DNA of 64,000 bases from Andalucia godoyi And28. Taxonomy: Eukaryota; Protista; Jakobida. The stretch lies in NCBI GenBank assembly GCA_009859145.1, contig VRVR01000022.1, forward strand, positions 248,001 through 312,000, in the 5' to 3' direction. Shown here piece by piece: positions 1-11,644 of this stretch (its first letter is position 1; every line of letters begins with the position of its first letter). The translations under genes and the position numbers were made by a program. The notes beneath the pieces were generated by a model that was not told the DNA's origin, made no database searches, and saw nothing but the letters and a program-made list of their open reading frames with translations.

Positions 1-520
1 TACTACTTCTTCGTTCTTTTTATTTTATTTTATGTTATTTATCACTTTGCAACTGTATATTTAGCTGGTCTGCGTTTCCCAGGCTTATTTATATATTTAT
101 CGCTGCGTTCGACAATCGCGTCACCTGTGTGCGACACTGTCATACATCAGTTCTTTCAGTTCCTTTGACTCACACACACAACACGTTGCAACAACAGCAA
201 CAAGAAAAATCAACGAGTGAAAAAAAAAATAATCAAGAAAAAAGCCTATTCTTCGCTGCGCCATTGACACTGACTTGACAGCCTTTGAATATCTTGTCTC
301 GTCGTATCCCTTCTGTTTCCATCCCCTTAGTTAGCTCCCGTTTAGAGGCGACATTTCCCCCTCGTTTTTGATTCTATTTAATTTCTATTTATTTTTTCAA
401 AAGAGACGTTTCTCTTCTCCCCTTGTATTGCGTAGCGTGGGTTTCCCTTCCACCCCTGCATATACACTCGCATTTTCCAGCATTCTGCCCGAGTAGAATC
501 TGCACTACACAAAAACTCTC

Positions 521-830
521 ATGAGCAACCAACTGCCTTTTGGAACAGGAAACCCCTTTGTTCCTAACTTTGCCCTTTTCCAGCAGCAGCAACCACAGCT
601 ACAATCACAGCAGCAAGTCACACCCTCAAATACACAAAATCAGTCGAATCCTGGGTTGGCGTTCCCTTCCTCTATGAGCGCTGGCCAGTTGGACTCGATG
701 CGTGCGATGGTCCAAGGTGCGTACGGCACTGGTGGATCCGGTGGCATGTCCTCCGACCAACAACAACAACAACAACAGCAGCAGCAGCAGCAACAACAAC
801 AACAACATCATCAACAACAACAACATCATC

Positions 831-862
<32 letters not shown>

Positions 863-2254
863 GATTTGTTAGCCCATGCGTTGTTGCAGCATGCAGCTGC
901 TGCAGCAGCTGCTGCGAGCGCACAAAGTGGAACAGCTGGAAACTCGAACCCAGCATTTCATCCCGCTTTAGGTCTTTTGAATCAGCCTCAGATGCAGCAA
1001 TTGGTTGCTGCAGCTGCAAAATCGCAACAAAATACTCAGCAACAGCAGCAGCAGCATCAACAGCAGCAACAACTTCAAGCGCAAGCACAGGGTCACAGTC
1101 AGCTTCATTCGCAGGCTCAGGCTCAGGCTCAGAATCCGCAAGGATCCATGGGCAATGCAATGGTCCCTGGTCTTGTGCCAGCAATGCCGACTGGTTCTGT
1201 GGGGAATCTCATGCAGCCGCTGCAAGCACAGCAGTTTTTGCAGAACCCTGCGTTAGCAGGTCTTCAGAATCTCAACATGAATCCTGCTTCGTTTCCTGAC
1301 ATGCAAGTACTTGCAGCTCTTCAGGCTGCACAGCCACATTTCAGCAAGAATCTGAATCAGAATGTTCAGCCTCCGGCGTCGATACAAGGAGGTTCTGCCA
1401 GTGCCCCGAATGTTTCGGCTCCCGTTCTGTCTTCTGCGCAGCTTGCCGCGCTATCTTCCATGAACGGCGGTCTCACGCCGCAGATTATCCAGCAGATTCA
1501 ACAGCAGCTGCAATCCCAAGCTTCAGCCGCTGTCGCGTCCGGTGCGCAGAATTCCTCTACTGCGGGCGGTAGTGGGTCAACTCCTAGTGGCAAAACTCCG
1601 ATGAACGCTGCGGTACTGGGGATGATGGGCATGAATCCTGTTGCGAATGCCGCTGCAGTCGCCGCAGCCGCAGCCGCCGCGGCGCTTCAGAATGGGAGTA
1701 CTCAGCGAGTCGCGCAAACCAATCCCACTGCTGTGTCAAGCGGCCTAGGAGCCGCAGGTCAGCCGAGCACTTCCGCACCGAACGCAGGAGTTAAACAGAA
1801 TGCAAATCGCAAAGTTTCCCCTGCTGAAATTCAGAAAGTGCAGCTGATGATCGAGCGTTGTTTACTTATGTATCTTACTCAGAATGAGACGACCGCGGCG
1901 TTGCAGTCTCAACACAGTGTTGATCCTGGTATTACCAACCTTGTGTGGTGCAAGTTGGAAGAGCAGAATCCAGAATTCTTTCGAGCATACCATCAACGAC
2001 TGAAGGTGAAGGAACAGATCAATCTGTTCAATTTCTTGATGAATCAGCAGGCCCAGATGATGCAGCAGAGAAAGGCTGGCTCTGTTGTCTTGGATTCTAT
2101 TGCTTTGGAACCCACAAGTGCGGCGACCAACCCAGCTTTGGTTTTGTCTTCTAGCTCCTCTCAGTTTCCGTCTCTTGCTGGGGCAGCGAGTTCCGGATCA
2201 TCCATGGGCCACGCTGCTCAAACAGCAAATCAAAGTGCGGGGGGACAACATGCT

Positions 2255-2285
<31 letters not shown>

Positions 2286-2543
2286 CAATGGGATCCATGT
2301 CTCCCCAGCAAGCTCAGAACCAGATGCTGATAGAGTTGCAGAAAAAGGTCTCGGCTGGGCAGGCCTCGGCGCTGCCCAGCTTGTGGCCATCTGGCACTCC
2401 GACTTCAAATCCGCAGCCCGCTCCTTTGCAGAAGTCGACGCCAGCAATATCTGGAAATGTGTCACAGAATGTCGCTTCATTCTTTCCGAGTTCTGCAAAT
2501 TTGACACCTGAACAACACCAGGCTTTGGTGCAGATGGTGCTAG

Positions 2544-2599
<56 letters not shown>

Positions 2600-2685
2600 C
2601 AACAACAACAACAGCAGCAGCAGCAGCAACAACAACAACAACAACAACAGCAGCAGCAACAACAACAACAACAACAACAACAACA

Positions 2686-2751
<66 letters not shown>

Positions 2752-3691
2752 GCAGCAACTACAACAACAGCAGATGGCTGCAAATGCACAGCAGCGATCC
2801 ATGCCAAACTTGGGGATGTCTGGCCAGTTAGTCAATAGCAGCAGTTCTTCCCAGCCGAATTTGATGAATTTCGGGCAGGGTGTTGATTTGACCAATCCCG
2901 CTTTCCGTCAAATGCTACAGGCATTTTCCGGACCAGGGGTTTCAAATTTTATGCCCACTGGCTCGACGCAGCAAGGGAGCGGGGTCCAGAATGGAATGGG
3001 CAATGCAGGAGGTGCCATGCAGTCTCATCATCAGGCACAGGCACAGGCACAGGCACAAGCACAAGCACAAGCACAAGCACAGGCACAGATGCAAATGCAA
3101 ATGCAGCAGCCGCAAAGTCAACCACATCATCACTCGCAGCCACAGTCGCAGCCACAATCCCAACAGTCTGGTTCTACGTCGAGCAGCTTTGGTAGGAATG
3201 ATCCTACGCTTACACCTTCTGGGAATAATAATGTCATGAGCGGGACGCCGTTGTCGGGGGTCAACGTTGGCAGTGACGTTTCGGCAGCCGGGATGAAAGG
3301 GAGAAAACGAGCTGCCGTTGCGGTGGTGAAGGGGGAGAAGTCTGCCAAGATTGGGAAAGATGAGAAGGGACAGAGGAGCGTTGAGCGTCGGGCGTCTATC
3401 CAGAGCACCACGTCGAACACTGGTCCTTCTGTCGGTTCTTCAAAGGGGAAGGGAGGACCAAAAGTCGCTGCCAAGAGTCAATCTGGAATTCCTCCAGTTA
3501 CTCCATCTTCCGAGTTACCGTCATTTATGGGCTCGGATGCGATGCCGTTTCATCATGACCCATCGTTTGGTAGTGCTTCCCAGCTGACAAATCGTCCCCA
3601 CAGTCCCCCGTCTTTTTCGTTGGTTCCCGATGGCAGCGCTTCCCAGGACGATTTTCCTTTGGAGCAGTTTTTCTCCTACGACAATAATTAA
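521..3691 (+). CDS. PolyQ/low-complexity protein with a TIGR01589 (A_thal_3526, 'plant-specific') domain
   Basis: 1056-aa ATG ORF. The central segment IQKVQLMIERCLLMYLTQNETTAALQSQHSVDPGITNLVWCKLEEQNPEFFRAYHQRLKVKEQINLFN matches the TIGR01589 consensus (VQ.LIE.CL..YM...E....L.....I.P..T..VW..LE.EN.EFF.AY..RL.LK.QI..FN). Flanks are Q/A/S/G-rich. Confidence 0.85.
2546..2758 (+). repeat. Mixed CAG/CAA trinucleotide repeat encoding 71 consecutive Gln
   Basis: Read directly: uninterrupted CAG/CAA codons between E (2543-2545) and L (2759-2761). Confidence 0.95.
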
Positions 3692-4151
3692 CAAGCAATG
3701 ATCCGTGTTCAACGTTGTTCTCCTCCACGCATCGTGTCTTTTTTTTTTCTTTGCACCAGGAGCTCCATCCATCTCGATTTGCCGCGTCAAACATCCGAAA
3801 GTCACTGGAATCCCCGTTCGCTGTTCTGCTGTCTCTTCCCGCCTCGTTTTGCCCAATCCTTAAGCGCGTTGTGTTTGTTCCATTTCTTTTTCTTCTTTTA
3901 TTGGTTTCTTTTGTATCTGTAACATTTGTAGGTTTTTGTTTTTGTATTTTTTGTATGCATGTTCCTTGCAGGAGGGGGTTTTTCCATGTCCACTCTGGGA
4001 TATCTTTGTGTATGCGCATGTGGGAGTTTTGCGTTTGGGGGATAGAAGAGGAGGATGTACCTTTTGTATTGTATGATTAAATTTCCCGCAGACGTTGAAT
4101 CCGGTGCTTGTTATGGAGATGTTCCAAGAAGCGTACAGAATGAACCCTTGA

Positions 4152-5243
4152 CTACACCAATTTGTATTTGTGGTGATCCGCCTCGTAAATGGCGCCTTCG
4201 GCCTCCAAATATGCCAAGGCCTGTTGAATCTTTGGAATGGGCAAGTGCGCGAGAAATGGAAACATGGTTCGCAGTCCCGGCAGGATGCTTATGCTGGAAA
4301 ACGCCTGCTCACCCGCTCGCTGCTGCATGTAGACACGCACGAAATTGCCCAGCAAAGGAATCCGCAGAACCTCGTATGTATTCGGATCGTGCATTCTAAG
4401 ATCACCGCGTCCATAGAGTGTTTCAACTGCCTTTTGCAGAACACTATGCGTCTGTGACTGCTTCACGCCAAGCTCCACTGCATGCTTGTTGAATCCTACA
4501 CACAGATCCGCAGGAAGCTCGTTGAGCAATAAAAACTCAACATCCCGATGCGCATCCAAGTACTGCGACAAGTACGCGGAATGCGGATCCGTCGCTGCTC
4601 CTGCTGCCACCATCGTCAATGGCGGTGCCGGTGTCAACGCCGGTGCTGCCGGTGCTGGAGCTGCAGATGACGATGACGATGCCGATGCTAAAGACGCTGT
4701 CGCCAGCGCGGTTGCATCGCACTTTGCTGGCCGCACGAATCCAGGTCTGCACAAGCTGGGAGCAATATCAGGTGGCGGACGAGAATATACCGTCCTGAAC
4801 AAATGTACGCATTCAAGTACGAACAATGAAACGTCGTTCAGGTCGTCGCTCTTGACGATTTGCTCCACCGACACCTGTTTCGAAGATCCATACACGGATA
4901 TTCTGCCAAAGACATGCACAAGTTCGCCGAGCGCAACAGGCGAGACGCGCGCGTCGCTCGATCCTTTGTTGCTCGACCACATTGTGCATCCAATCACTGC
5001 GGACCCGTCGTCAATGCTGAAAGAAAACCGAGCATCTTGCCAGTGTCCAGGAGTCGAAACGACGAATCCAAGCAAATGACACGACAGGATCGGTCGCCTG
5101 CATAAAGAAAAGTAGCCAGATGCAGAGCCTGGATGCGGAGCTAGTGCATGGACATCCCGGATCAGCAGCTTCACACCGGCTTGAAACAGCGGATCCAATC
5201 CAAAGTAGTATTCACTTTGATAATTCCCACATGTAGTTTCCAT
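4152..5243 (-). CDS. STN1: CST complex subunit STN1 (OB-fold plus C-terminal winged-helix region)
   Basis: N-terminal YYFGLDPLFQAGVKLLIRDVHAL resembles STN1 WGLDPVF.AF.KLYIRDI. OB-fold motifs IDDGSAVIGCTMW and GELVHVFGRISVYGSSKQV. Ends in EGAIYEADHHKYKLV. Confidence 0.8.
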   Translation of the reverse strand: METTCGNYQSEYYFGLDPLFQAGVKLLIRDVHALAPHPGSASGYFSLCRRPILSCHLLGFVVSTPGHWQDARFSFSIDDGSAVIGCTMWSSNKGSSDARVSPVALGELVHVFGRISVYGSSKQVSVEQIVKSDDLNDVSLFVLECVHLFRTVYSRPPPDIAPSLCRPGFVRPAKCDATALATASLASASSSSSAAPAPAAPALTPAPPLTMVAAGAATDPHSAYLSQYLDAHRDVEFLLLNELPADLCVGFNKHAVELGVKQSQTHSVLQKAVETLYGRGDLRMHDPNTYEVLRIPLLGNFVRVYMQQRAGEQAFSSISILPGLRTMFPFLAHLPIPKIQQALAYLEAEGAIYEADHHKYKLV

Positions 5244-5755
5244 TTCTTCTGCGTTCCGTTGGCAACAATTGAACTGTTTTCATCGTGTTCTATTTCGTTT
5301 TCATCATCATCTTCTGACAAAAAAACGCTTGAAACCCCAGCGTTGGGGGGGAATGGCTTTTTCCCAATCCGGTTAGAACTAAATAAAAAAGAAATCTCTC
5401 TCTCTTCCACGATTCCACGCTTTTGTTTTTCGTTCTTATTTCGTCTTGTGTGCCCGGGTCCTCGATCCTCCATCCTCGATTCCAAACCCTCAGTCCACTA
5501 CCCAAGCTCGGTAACAAATGTAGCGAGCAAGCGCTGGGTTAGAAAAATCGATTAGCGACACAGTGGTACTACTACTACTATTCATGCATCGTTTTCCCGT
5601 AATAAGTACTTTACGTTTGAATTCGTGGGACGGCAGCGTTACACACAATCTATTTGGAAAGCAGGAGAGGAGGAAGAAGAAAAATGACCATGTCCACCGC
5701 CAAACCGGACACACACACACACACACAGAGAAACACAAAACCGCCCAAATGGGGC

Positions 5756-6625
5756 TCATCGTTTGACCCACTGGAATCTCTTTCTTGCCTTTGCCTGACC
5801 GGGTTTCTTCCGTTCAACAACTCGGGGGTCTCTGCTGAGAAGTCCGTCCTGCTTGAGCAAAGCACGGTTGTCTTCCTTCAGACCCTGGAGTGCTCGTGCG
5901 ATTCCCAGTCGGAGTGCACCGGCCTGTCCGGAAAGGCCTCCGCCATGCACCGTAGCCCAAACGGCAACTTTCCCCAAGGAATCTGTGGCAAGAAGTGGTA
6001 GCAGCGCCTGGGACCGCTGTTCAAGCCCTGAGAAATAGTCCACCAATCGCTTGTTATTCACAAACAAGGCCACTCCAGAGGTTTCCATTGCAGCGCGCAT
6101 CTTTTGAAACGACGTACGGTTCTCCAAGACCTGCATGCGCGTGCTTGCCGTACCACTCTCATTGCTCGTCGAAGAAGATGCATAGAGATGGGCGGGAGAG
6201 ACCCACACGCGAGCAACAGCATCTTTGCGACGACCTGTGGCATACACTCTTCCAAACTCGTCCTTCTGGAAACAGACTGCCGCAGCAGCAGCATCGTCTC
6301 CTCGCTGACCCGCCCCTGCTGCAGACTCGGTCAATGACGAATCTTCAAGAAGAGCCTTGTCAAGAGCTGCACGGTCAAACACCCCTGCATCCGGATGCAG
6401 AAATGCATTCGCAGCAAGCGACTGCGCAACGTATGGAGACTCGGGAAACATCCGGCTCGTTATCGACCGTGCAGACTGGTACCATGGCTGTTTTGGAATG
6501 TCAGAAAGAGGAATCGACGGCGCAGCAGAAGCTGAAGCTGAAGCAGATGATGATGATGATGATGATGATGACGACGATGATAGCGTAGACGAGAACAATC
6601 GAGTGAATGCAAATCGACGAATCAT
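5756..6625 (-). CDS. MRPS9: Mitochondrial ribosomal protein uS9m
   Basis: Motifs ATGRRKDAVARVWV, VHGGGLSGQAGALRLGIARAL and C-terminal RDPRVVERKKPGQAKARKRFQWVKR. R/S-rich N-terminal presequence. Confidence 0.95.
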   Translation of the reverse strand: MIRRFAFTRLFSSTLSSSSSSSSSSSSASASASAAPSIPLSDIPKQPWYQSARSITSRMFPESPYVAQSLAANAFLHPDAGVFDRAALDKALLEDSSLTESAAGAGQRGDDAAAAAVCFQKDEFGRVYATGRRKDAVARVWVSPAHLYASSSTSNESGTASTRMQVLENRTSFQKMRAAMETSGVALFVNNKRLVDYFSGLEQRSQALLPLLATDSLGKVAVWATVHGGGLSGQAGALRLGIARALQGLKEDNRALLKQDGLLSRDPRVVERKKPGQAKARKRFQWVKR

Positions 6626-7035
6626 TCTTGTTTCTTATTGTAACAAACGTCTATCTCTTTCTTTCCCCCCCTTTTTTTGTTGCCTTTATATCAGTGTTGT
6701 TGAATAAGCCGGAAAAAGCACACAGTACACGACAGCACCGACAATGGTGAGGATAATGGCGATGCAGCTGTCAACGATATGCAGTTGAAAAAAAAAAACC
6801 GCCAAAAATGCCAAATATATATATATATATATATAATATAAAATTAAATTAAAAAACAATAGTAAACCAATCCATAAACTCGCAATGAAATGAGCAAAAG
6901 ACGAGAGGCGCACAAAGACCTAACCCTTTCCAACCCTCAATTGTTGCTGTCCTCTTGTCGTCGTGATACTTATGAAAACAATGAGAAACTCCGAAAAGTG
7001 CCGAATCCGAGTTGACTTTTCCAAAGCCTTTTTCA

Positions 7036-7075
7036 CGTTTCGTTTCGTTTCGTTTCGTTTCGTTTCGTTTCGTTT
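7036..7075 (+). repeat. (CGTTT)x8 pentanucleotide microsatellite
   Basis: Read directly upstream of the ABC ATPase gene. Confidence 0.9.
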
Positions 7076-7154
7076 TTTTTTTTTTTTGGATTTTGTTCTG
7101 CAGAGGAGGACTTAAGAACAGGTTCGGGGGTGTGGCGACAGAAAAGCAAATACG

Positions 7155-8321
7155 ATGTACACGAGTGCGTCACCTTCGACGGACACCGATTCCGAGAGAT
7201 CCACAAGACCGCTTCATGTGGAAGAAGATGGAGTTGAGCTCCAAGTGCGATCATCCTCTTCCACGAACCGCAACTCGTCGTCCTCGTCCTCGTCCTCATC
7301 ATCGTCGTCGTCTGGCCTGGTTTCGAATGGCCGTAACCGGTACGTAACGACTGATTTTTCCATTGGGTCGTCCTCGAAGCAGAATGGGAGAGCGAATGGA
7401 AAAGGACCAAGGTCACGGAAAAACGACGAAGAATCGCATGCGCCACCCGTGTCATTTGCCGTGGAGCCTCCGATTGCAAAAATACTCGGGGAGGCTGTGG
7501 TTACTGTGCTCAAGGTATGCAAAACGTACCAGCTTCCGTCTGCGAAGAAGGATGCGAAACAGAAGAAAAAGGATAAGGAAGATGGAGCGGAGTCCGCGAG
7601 TGCAAGGGGGGTTGTTGCACTTCATGACATTACACTGTCTCCGAAATCGGAGTTTTACTCGATTCGAAGAGGCGAGTTCATTATGATTCGAGGCCCGTCA
7701 GGCGGCGGAAAAACGACGTTGCTGAATATACTTGGAACGATTGACAGGCCTTCTTCGGGAGAGCTTTACTTGCTTGGCGACCACGTGACGTCTGCATCGA
7801 CAGATTCGTTTCTTGCAGATCTGCGGCTGCGCAGGATAGGATTTGTGTTCCAGACGTTCAATCTAATTGCGACGATGAGCGCGTTTGAGAACGTGTGCCT
7901 GCCGATGACGCTTGCCGGGAAGTTGAAGGAAAAGGAATACAAGCTAAGGGCAAAGGAGCTGCTGCGGCTCGTGGGGCTTGGAGACCGAATGAACCATTTG
8001 CCAAGCGAGCTGTCGGGTGGCGAGCAGCAACGGACGACGATTGCCAGAGCGTTGGCAAATGAACCAGAGATTCTGCTTCTCGACGAGCCGACAGGAGACT
8101 TGGACACCCGAAACACTGTCGATGTCATGAACTTGCTCCTCGACATCAACCTCACCAATGGCACAACAATGGTCATGGTGACCCACAACCCAGACTTGGA
8201 ATGCTACGCGGACCGCATTCTGTATGTCAAGGACGGTACATTTGAAAAACAGGCCATCAATCTCGTCCAATCCCGCCTTGATTTTGACCAGTACGTATCC
8301 TTGTTGCACACTGAGAAATAG
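7155..8321 (+). CDS. Stand-alone ABC ATP-binding protein, LolD/MacB/FtsE-like (no transmembrane domain)
   Basis: Walker A GPSGGGKTT, Q-loop GFVFQTFNL, signature LSGGEQQR, Walker B LLLDEPTGDLD, H-switch VTHN. S-rich N-terminal extension. Confidence 0.9.
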   Translation: MYTSASPSTDTDSERSTRPLHVEEDGVELQVRSSSSTNRNSSSSSSSSSSSSSGLVSNGRNRYVTTDFSIGSSSKQNGRANGKGPRSRKNDEESHAPPVSFAVEPPIAKILGEAVVTVLKVCKTYQLPSAKKDAKQKKKDKEDGAESASARGVVALHDITLSPKSEFYSIRRGEFIMIRGPSGGGKTTLLNILGTIDRPSSGELYLLGDHVTSASTDSFLADLRLRRIGFVFQTFNLIATMSAFENVCLPMTLAGKLKEKEYKLRAKELLRLVGLGDRMNHLPSELSGGEQQRTTIARALANEPEILLLDEPTGDLDTRNTVDVMNLLLDINLTNGTTMVMVTHNPDLECYADRILYVKDGTFEKQAINLVQSRLDFDQYVSLLHTEK

Positions 8322-8446
8322 TATGCACGTGAACCTCTCCCGTCTCTTCCTCTGCCTAGTCCTAAAACCCACAAAATGAAATTTAAATCAATAATTCAAA
8401 AACCTGGTTTTAAATAATAATCATAATACTTTTTAAAAAAAAGAAA

Positions 8447-8519
8447 CACCCATGGAGGGGATCGAACCCTCGACCCCAGGATTAGAAGTCCTGCGCTCCT
8501 TCCACTGAGCTACACGGGC
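8447..8519 (-). tRNA. tRNA-Arg (anticodon TCT), intronless
   Basis: Reverse complement GCCCGTGTAGCTCAGTGGAAGGAGCGCAGGACTTCTAATCCTGGGGTCGAGGGTTCGATCCCCTCCATGGGTG folds as a 73-nt cloverleaf. Anticodon arm CAGGA-CTTCTAA-TCCTG, T-loop GTTCGATC, followed by an oligo-T Pol III terminator. Confidence 0.95.
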
Positions 8520-8973
8520 AACCGTTGGTAAAATGCGCCGATATTAGATAATGTAAACACACAAACACCCATCGTCCCGCAATACCAATTCGAGTGCTTT
8601 TGGAAACATGTTTTTGCTTTCAATGCTGTCTTGTATTTCTCTTCTTTCCCACAGTCTTCTTTCAGTCATTATTGTTCCGGGATTGATACGCCTACTCTTG
8701 CTCGGCCCTCCTATTTATCATCGCTGTTAGCACTGTAAGCGTTTGGATCCTCCACTTTTTTGTTTGTGTTTTGTACTGAATTTCGCTCCTGGTCTTGTGT
8801 TTGGACCCGGTGATATACGTTTTGCCTACATTCGGGTTGTTTATTACTATTATTATTATAATAATAATTATTATTATTCAGTTCCACTGCTAGGGGTTTT
8901 CATCGACCACTCTTCATCCAGATAAGGAGTTTGATTATAGCAGGGCTTTGTGAAGGCGAGGGAAGAAGAAAGA

Positions 8974-9462
8974 ATGACGAAACGCAGTGATTCCTACGAT
9001 TATGTAGACGAAGAGCTTGATTTGAACCCGAATTGCGCATGGATCCACTCCAAGGTGTTTTGGACAATGTACGTGTTTCTCATTTTTGCGTCTCGTGCGA
9101 TGCTTGCGAGTGTGAATGCGCCTCCGGGACACGCCTGGACCATTGTTGTGTTTTCGCATGCGGCGGTTACCTTTGTGCTGTTCCACTGGCTCAAGGGGAA
9201 TCCATTGGACGACTGGACGGGCGCACAGGGAAAGTTCCACAAGCTTACCTGGTGGGAGCAGCTCCAGTACGGACGTGTCTACACTCCCACTAAAAAGTTC
9301 CTGACGCTCATTCCAGTCGCCCTTTTCTTCTGCGCCGCCTATCACTTGCACGAAAATGACGTCTTTTTGCTCGTCCTGAACGCTATCGTAAGCTTCATAC
9401 TCGTCCTTGCAAAGCTTCCTGCCATGCACAAGGTCAGAATCATGGACATCAACAAGGGATAA
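8974..9462 (+). CDS. ORMDL: ORMDL/Orm sphingolipid biosynthesis regulator
   Basis: Motifs LNPNCAWI, VTFVLFHWLKGNP, LTWWEQL, YTPTKKFLTLIPV and LAKLPAMHKVRI are hallmarks of the ORMDL family. Confidence 0.92.
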   Translation: MTKRSDSYDYVDEELDLNPNCAWIHSKVFWTMYVFLIFASRAMLASVNAPPGHAWTIVVFSHAAVTFVLFHWLKGNPLDDWTGAQGKFHKLTWWEQLQYGRVYTPTKKFLTLIPVALFFCAAYHLHENDVFLLVLNAIVSFILVLAKLPAMHKVRIMDINKG

Positions 9463-9746
9463 ACTGTCCACAGTCTCCACAGTCTCCGCAGTCTCCACGT
9501 CGGCGCCGTTCGTCAAGAAAGAAGAAGAAAGGGGAAAAAAAGAAAACACAAAACCAACAAATCATCTTCGGATTTATCGACTGTAAAAACCACCATGCAC
9601 TACAACTGGCGATATTGTTTCGTCAACTTGAGTCTGCCCTCTCCAGCTCGCGGGAGAAAAAAGCTTTCTTAGAATTTTTCTAAAAGTACATATTTTCATA
9701 CGACTTTGAAGAATTGAAAGATAGAAATTTACAGGTTTTCATTTCG

Positions 9747-11228
9747 ATGGAACCGTTTCATGTGAATCCGCGGCATGTGGGATGTGTGCCCGAGTACAAG
9801 GCTCAGTTCGAGAGCGCATGCCCGTTTCCGCATCTTGTGATTCCGGATATTTTCGAGTCTGAGAATGGATTGGGGTTTCTGGACGAGCTTGAAGCGTCCG
9901 TTCGAGCTCTGGACTTCAATGAGAAGAATAACGACTTGTACTCGTTTCACCAATCGAATGATCTTCGGACGAGCCAAGACCCGATGATCTCGCATCTGCG
10001 GTCCTACATGTACTCAGAGTCGTTCCGGTCGTTCTTGTCCGATGTAACCGCACTGCAGTTTTCGTCGCAGGTGGACATGTCTGCTGCGATCTATCGTGAT
10101 ACAGACACGCTGCTTTGTCACGACGATCGGCTGGAAGGTCGTGTTATTGCGTACATTTTCTATCTGGTTCCGTCAGACTGGACTGGTGCAGACGGGGGGC
10201 ACTTGGACCTGTATGCACCGTGTGACAACGAGCAAGTGCTATCGATCGCAAAGTCGTACGTCCCGAAGCGAAACAGTCTGGCATTTTTCCAAGTCTCTGA
10301 AATGTCGTTCCACCAGGTCCGGGAGGTTCTTTCGGCTTCCAAAGACCGCATTTCTATCTCGGGTTGGTTCTACGCTCCAGAATCCAAGGACCTCGGATCG
10401 CAGGAGGCGTACCAAAATAGTAGAGCAAAGACACGAAAACAGTCGAAAGTGAGCAAGGATGAGACAGTGAATCGCAAGTTGATGAGACTCAATCCGATTC
10501 CGTGGGCGGACTGTTCCTTGAAAGCAGGCAGGGAAGGATTGCTGCTCGAATCCTGGATTTCAGATGTGTATTTGAAAGCGGAATCGCAAACACGGATTCA
10601 GGAAATGGTGTGCGAAAACTCGTACGCTGTCTTGGGTGACTTCCTCAACAGCCAGAAATTCAAGCAGCTGCGCGCCGCGTGGAGCTCTGCCAAACTGCAG
10701 TTCACATGCCTGGGCCCGCCACACATTCAGAATTACGAGTACCTTCGGGGAATCGGAAGCAGTGCCACGACTACCGCCACCATGGATGATGACTCGCTGA
10801 GTGTCCTGCATGACTGGTTTACCGTCATGCAAAGCGAGGAGTTCAAGCGGTTGCTTTGCTCCTTATCGGGATTCGACGACATGCCATCCTTGCTGTCCGC
10901 CTCTGTGAACCGGTACAAGTGGGGATCGTACACGATGGTGTATGATGATGCTGCCGTTCAGTCGAAGCGCGGAGAACTGCACTATTGGCATACCAGCATG
11001 ATTCCTGAGGATCCCGGGTTTGCGGGAATACCAGCAGATCCTGCAGAAGCTGGCGAAATGACAATCTACATGGATGAAGACGAGGTCCTCTTGAGCATAC
11101 CTCCTGCGGACAATGTACTGTGTTTGGTGTTTGCTGATCGCGGTTGCATGCGGTTCGTCAAGTACCTGAACCACAAGTCGTCGCCGTGGCAACGCTGCGA
11201 CTTGTCGTTTGTATCCACGTGCAAATAA
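9747..11228 (+). CDS. OGFOD1: Prolyl 3-hydroxylase OGFOD1/Tpa1 (2OG-Fe(II) oxygenase)
   Basis: Motifs PFPHLVI, NNDLYSFHQSNDL, LLCHDD..EGRVIAYIFYL, GGHLDLY, SFHQVREV and RISISGWF. A second degenerate oxygenase domain follows. First ATG at 9747. Confidence 0.9.
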   Translation: MEPFHVNPRHVGCVPEYKAQFESACPFPHLVIPDIFESENGLGFLDELEASVRALDFNEKNNDLYSFHQSNDLRTSQDPMISHLRSYMYSESFRSFLSDVTALQFSSQVDMSAAIYRDTDTLLCHDDRLEGRVIAYIFYLVPSDWTGADGGHLDLYAPCDNEQVLSIAKSYVPKRNSLAFFQVSEMSFHQVREVLSASKDRISISGWFYAPESKDLGSQEAYQNSRAKTRKQSKVSKDETVNRKLMRLNPIPWADCSLKAGREGLLLESWISDVYLKAESQTRIQEMVCENSYAVLGDFLNSQKFKQLRAAWSSAKLQFTCLGPPHIQNYEYLRGIGSSATTTATMDDDSLSVLHDWFTVMQSEEFKRLLCSLSGFDDMPSLLSASVNRYKWGSYTMVYDDAAVQSKRGELHYWHTSMIPEDPGFAGIPADPAEAGEMTIYMDEDEVLLSIPPADNVLCLVFADRGCMRFVKYLNHKSSPWQRCDLSFVSTCK

Positions 11229-11380
11229 AGCAACTACCGCCCCTGTTATCAAGTGTTGGAAGCATGAGGTTGGAGTTTGAGCTCCGTAATAATACCACGC
11301 TGCTCCGTGAACAACACTCAATGCATGAAACTGTCTGGAGATGTAGTTAGTCGAGTCGTCGTCGCCACAATTTGAAGGGG

Positions 11381-11427
<47 letters not shown>

Positions 11428-11534
11428 AAGGGGGAACAGAATGTACAGTTAAGCAAGCAGATATAAACAGAACATGCACAAACGAACAGATTTCTAGCAG
11501 ACAAGGCAGGTAGGAGTTGAAAGGGAAAAAAAGG

Positions 11535-11639
<105 letters not shown>

Positions 11640-11644
11640 AAGGC

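Noticed and set aside
2151-2895. Poly-Leu, poly-Cys and poly-Val/Ala ORFs on the minus strand (also 626-1184)
   Set aside because: Antisense shadows of the CAG/CAA polyQ tracts.
8823-8831. Minus-strand ATGTAGGC, matching the Fanzor right-end motif
   Set aside because: No hairpin, GCAAG motif or RuvC-III remnant upstream; only AT-rich repeats. Consistent with chance.
8608-8881. 40-aa hydrophobic ORF (8608-8730) and a possible GTAAGC...TTCAG 5'-UTR intron upstream of ORMDL
   Set aside because: No recognisable homology, and it cannot be supported without transcript data.
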